This document shows, piece after piece, positions 16,206 through 19,682 of a stretch of 19,682 nt of DNA. The stretch is from Fidelibacterota bacterium (GTDB lineage Bacteria; Fidelibacterota; Marinisomatia; Marinisomatales; JABMOV01). Each line of letters begins with the position of its first letter. Positions within the stretch are counted from its first letter, which is position 1. The notes under the pieces are model-generated. The model worked only from the letters and a program-made list of their open reading frames with translations. It was not told where the DNA came from and made no database searches. Location of the stretch: positions 1 through 19,682 of the forward strand of contig JBHHUC010000037.1 of assembly GCA_046861395.1 (NCBI GenBank). The letters are read 5' to 3'. Position numbers and translations under genes: made by a program.

Positions 16206-17369
16206 ATGAATAAAACGCGTGAAAATATCATCCTTGGTATCACCGGGTTCAGTCACCTGATGGTGCATACCCAGATGCTGGTTTTTCCCACCCTGCTTCT
16301 GATCTTTAAGTCCCATTTTCATTTGGGACTGGATACCTTGGGCTACATGGCAACCATGAGCGCCTTCATGTTCGGTCTGGGAGCCTTGCCCGCAGGTTAT
16401 CTGGAATCCCGACTGGGAGGCCGAAAACTTCTGTTGCTGTACCAACTGGGCTCCGGCATGTCATCGTTATTGATAGTAATGTCGAATTCCCCGGTTATGT
16501 TTACAGTCGGCATTTCCCTGCTGGGATTATGTAGCAGTGTCTATCATCCAGCCGGACTCACCGTGATTTCACGTCGCGTAAGACGAATCAGTAAAGGAAT
16601 GGCTATACACGGAATATTCGGTTCGGCGGGACTTGCGATCGGTCCCATCTTTGCCTCCTTTTTCACGGATCAATACAGCTGGCGCGTGACCTTCAGCCTG
16701 TTAGTTGTTGCTCAGTTCGGGCTGGCCCTGGCTACCATGATCCTTATTGATCCCAGCAAAGCAATAACAGAAACGGACAATGATGAATCCCTGAAAAACC
16801 AAACAAATCTGAAAGCATTGGGTCTCTATTATGGGGTGACAGCCCTGATGGGATTTGCCTACACCGGCTTTACCACTTTTATTCCTACCCATTTTGCCTT
16901 ATCTACGCGTGATGTGATATCATCATTGTCGGATGTGATGCGGGGCGGAACCTTTACTACACTGGTCCTGTTAGCCGGAATAGTGGGGCAGATCCTGGGC
17001 GGAAAATGGGGAAGCAAGTACGATAAAAAAATGTTACTCTTCTGGATAGTAGCCGCCAATATTCCTTGCTTTCTGATTCTGGGTTTTACGTCCGGTGAGG
17101 CTCTGGTGGTGACAGGTATCCTGCTGGGGGTCGTTCACTTTTCATTGCAACCGATCGGAAATTCCCTGATAGCGGAATTTACCACCTCTCATCATCGGGG
17201 ACTGGGATATGGTGTCAGTTTTTTCTCCAGCTTTGGTATTGGAGCCATCGCTGCCGGTGTTAGTGGCTGGATTGCAGAAACATTTTCACTGCCTCTGGTT
17301 TTTCCCGTATTGGGGATTATTTTATTCCCAGGTCTGTGGTTGGCAAATAGAATTCGTAAATTTCATTGA
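16206..17369 (+). CDS. Major facilitator superfamily transporter (Fsr-like)
   Basis: 387 aa with about 12 hydrophobic segments. Motif A variants G.LESRLGGR and G.WGSKYDKK; SH...H, S.YHPAG and G.A.GP patterns. Confidence 0.88.
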   Translation: MNKTRENIILGITGFSHLMVHTQMLVFPTLLLIFKSHFHLGLDTLGYMATMSAFMFGLGALPAGYLESRLGGRKLLLLYQLGSGMSSLLIVMSNSPVMFTVGISLLGLCSSVYHPAGLTVISRRVRRISKGMAIHGIFGSAGLAIGPIFASFFTDQYSWRVTFSLLVVAQFGLALATMILIDPSKAITETDNDESLKNQTNLKALGLYYGVTALMGFAYTGFTTFIPTHFALSTRDVISSLSDVMRGGTFTTLVLLAGIVGQILGGKWGSKYDKKMLLFWIVAANIPCFLILGFTSGEALVVTGILLGVVHFSLQPIGNSLIAEFTTSHHRGLGYGVSFFSSFGIGAIAAGVSGWIAETFSLPLVFPVLGIILFPGLWLANRIRKFH

Positions 17370-17371
17370 GT

Positions 17372-18748
17372 ATGTCAAAATCACATCAACTGCCTTCCGT
17401 CTCAGAAATATTGCATCATCTACCAAATGGTTTATCACTGCCCATCCCGGTCCAGGTGAAAATCATCCGCACGGAGATTGCAATTTTTCGGGAGCGTCTG
17501 CGGAAAGGTAAATCCATTCCCGAACGGGATACAATTGTAAAAATGGTTGTGGATAAAGTCCGGTCGGAAGTCAAACCGTCATTACGCCAGGTAATCAACG
17601 GGACAGGGATTGTTCTTCACACGGGTTTTGGTCGAGCTCCGCTTTCCGCCGAAATTCTCAACCGGATAAGCCAAGGGGTTACCGGGTATTCCAATCTTGA
17701 ATTTGATTTGATAGCGGGGAAACGGGGAAATCGACTGGATCATATCCGTACTTTGGTAACCGGCATGTGTGGGGCAGAGGACGCTCTGGTGGTCAACAAC
17801 AATGCTGCTGCCATCCTCCTGGCACTCAATACCCTGGCCGATGGTAAGGATGTCATTATTTCCCGGGGACAACTGGTGGAAATCGGTGGTTCATTCCGCA
17901 TTCCGGACATCATCGCCAAAAGCGGGTGTATCCTCAGGGAAGTTGGCACAACCAACCGTACTCATTTACAGGATTATGAACAAGCGATTACAAAAAATAC
18001 CGGCTGCCTGTTGTGGGTCCATACCAGCAACTATAAGGTCGAAGGATTCACGAAAAATGTATCCTTGTCCGATCTGGTGGCATTGGGGAAAAAGAAACGC
18101 CTGCCCGTCGTTGCTGATCTCGGCAGCGGAGCACTCATTTCTCTCAATACTTTGGGATTGCCGGAAGAAATTCCGGTCCATGATGTAGTGAAGACCGGAG
18201 TAAGTCTTGTCACATTTTCCGGAGATAAATTACTGGGAGGACCCCAATCCGGTTTCGTTGTGGGCCGGACCGGCGTCGTGAAACGGCTGCATAGAAATCC
18301 GCTATATCGTACTATTCGCTGCGATAAACTCATCCTGGCGGCCATCTGTGAAATTCTGCGAACCTATTCCGAAAAGGGAACTAACGAAAAAAATTTAGCT
18401 TTATCATTATTGCGTAGCCAGCGTTCGGAACTGGCCGTCCGGGGGGAAAACTTGTTGACGCAAATCCCGAATGCAACGAAAACGCTTAACATCGAACTGG
18501 TTCCGTCGGTGGTGGAAGCCGGCAGCGGATCCCTGCCCACGGAAAAAATTGAAAGTATGGCATTATCCTTTCGCCCTGAACGTTTTAAACCACATGAATT
18601 GGCAGCCTGGTTTCGTCAAGCACATCCCCCGGTCGTGGGCTATATTGAGCACCGGACATTTTTTATTGATTTAAAAGCAGTGTTGCCGGATCAATATGCA
18701 GATCTCGCAACCGCGGTGAATGCAGTGGCTGAAAAAGTCATGCCCTGA
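17372..18748 (+). CDS. selA: L-seryl-tRNA(Sec) selenium transferase
   Basis: Motifs VINGTGIVLHT..GRAP, YSNLEFDL..GKRG.R, VVNNNAAA, SRGQLVEIGGSFRIP, EVGTTNRT, DLGSG and the PLP-lysine motif FSGDKLLGGPQ.G. Confidence 0.97.
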   Translation: MSKSHQLPSVSEILHHLPNGLSLPIPVQVKIIRTEIAIFRERLRKGKSIPERDTIVKMVVDKVRSEVKPSLRQVINGTGIVLHTGFGRAPLSAEILNRISQGVTGYSNLEFDLIAGKRGNRLDHIRTLVTGMCGAEDALVVNNNAAAILLALNTLADGKDVIISRGQLVEIGGSFRIPDIIAKSGCILREVGTTNRTHLQDYEQAITKNTGCLLWVHTSNYKVEGFTKNVSLSDLVALGKKKRLPVVADLGSGALISLNTLGLPEEIPVHDVVKTGVSLVTFSGDKLLGGPQSGFVVGRTGVVKRLHRNPLYRTIRCDKLILAAICEILRTYSEKGTNEKNLALSLLRSQRSELAVRGENLLTQIPNATKTLNIELVPSVVEAGSGSLPTEKIESMALSFRPERFKPHELAAWFRQAHPPVVGYIEHRTFFIDLKAVLPDQYADLATAVNAVAEKVMP

Positions 18749-18756
18749 GGCGGCTC

Positions 18757-19682
18757 ATGACGACCAGTCCGTATCAGATTGTTATAGGAACGGCCGGCCA
18801 CATTGATCATGGTAAAACGGCGCTGGTCTATGCCCTGACAGGAGACAATACCGATCGTTTGGCGGAAGAACAGGAAAGAGGGATGACCATTGATCTGGGT
18901 TTTGCCTTCCTCACGTCTGCCATCACCATTATCGATGTTCCCGGTCATGAAAAATTCATCCGGAATATGGTGGCCGGTGTTGCCACCATCGATTGTGCTT
19001 TGCTTGTCATTGCCGCAGATGATGGTATCATGCCCCAGACTATGGAACATGTGCAGATCATGAACCTCCTGGGAATTCGGCATGGTGTCATTGCCCTGAC
19101 CAAAATTGACTTGATTGATGATCATGAATGGCTGGACCTGGTTGAGGCCGATATCCGTCAGGCTTTCCAAGCGACATTTCTGTCCGAGGCACCCATTATC
19201 CGGGTATCGAATACTACTGGAACCGGAATCGCAGACGTGAAATCACAATTGCAGGGTATGGCCAAGAAAGTTGGGAAAAAACAGGATAGGGGCTATTTTC
19301 GTTTGCCGGTGGATCGGGTATTTACCAAGTCGGGTTTCGGTACGGTTGTGACGGGAACGGTTATTTCCGGTGACGTTCGTTTAAATGATACGGTGGAGAT
19401 CGCGCCGCAGATGCTTACGGCCAAAGTGCGGGGAATCCAGTCCCATGGTCAACCGGTGGAGCTGGGGCGGCGCGGCGACCGTCTGGCCCTAAATCTGGCC
19501 AATGTGGATACCCGTGATCTGGATCGGGGAACGGAAATACTTAGCCCAGGACGGGGTAAGATTACGGAGCGGTTTATCGCACATATCACGTTATTACCCG
19601 ATACGGACTGGACTTTGAAACCACGTCAGCGGGTTCATATTCATATCGGAACAGCCGAATTCCTGGCTAGTATATGGATTCC
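18757..19682 (+). CDS. selB: Selenocysteine-specific translation elongation factor SelB, 3'-truncated and absent from the ORF track
   Basis: Manual translation from ATG 18757 gives MTTSPYQIVIGTAGHIDHGKTALVYALTGDNTDRLAEEQERGMTIDLGFA...IDVPGHEKFIRNMVAG...LTKID...FRLPVDRVFTKSGFGTVVTGT. The frame is open to the window end and follows selA. Confidence 0.97.
   Translation, partial: MTTSPYQIVIGTAGHIDHGKTALVYALTGDNTDRLAEEQERGMTIDLGFAFLTSAITIIDVPGHEKFIRNMVAGVATIDCALLVIAADDGIMPQTMEHVQIMNLLGIRHGVIALTKIDLIDDHEWLDLVEADIRQAFQATFLSEAPIIRVSNTTGTGIADVKSQLQGMAKKVGKKQDRGYFRLPVDRVFTKSGFGTVVTGTVISGDVRLNDTVEIAPQMLTAKVRGIQSHGQPVELGRRGDRLALNLANVDTRDLDRGTEILSPGRGKITERFIAHITLLPDTDWTLKPRQRVHIHIGTAEFLASIWI

Noticed and set aside
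1..19682. Selenocysteine (UGA) read-through in genes of this window, prompted by selA/selB and the many TGA stops
   Set aside because: Each TGA falls at the expected C-terminus of a full-length protein, often overlapping the next start codon. None sits at a conserved Cys position with homology continuing beyond it.

Overview
A densely packed bacterial chromosomal window with every gene on the + strand. I see no mobile element, rRNA/tRNA gene or CRISPR array. Gene order: moxR (5'-truncated), DUF58, lipoprotein/TM protein, efp, accB, accC, gcvH, group II GGGP synthase, gmhA-like, xerD, site-2 protease, 45-aa membrane protein, ftcD, mutL, ffh, rpsP, khpA, rimM, trmD, rplS, terminator, MFS transporter, selA, selB (3'-truncated and missing from the ORF track). 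Gene content and protein style suggest an FCB-superphylum bacterium, possibly Marinimicrobia-like; this is inference only. Five observations stand out. (1) A perfect classical C2H2 zinc-finger motif sits in a long insertion inside the FTCD enzyme. (2) An archaeal-type ether-lipid enzyme (group II GGGPS) is translationally coupled to a divergent GmhA, just downstream of the fatty-acid genes accBC. (3) An apparent small frameshifting deletion removes the last strand of AccB. (4) An MFS transporter heads the selAB genes directly behind a strong terminator. (5) Bacteroidota-like promoter motifs occur alongside strong Shine-Dalgarno use. All family calls come from motif recognition by eye; no searches were run.
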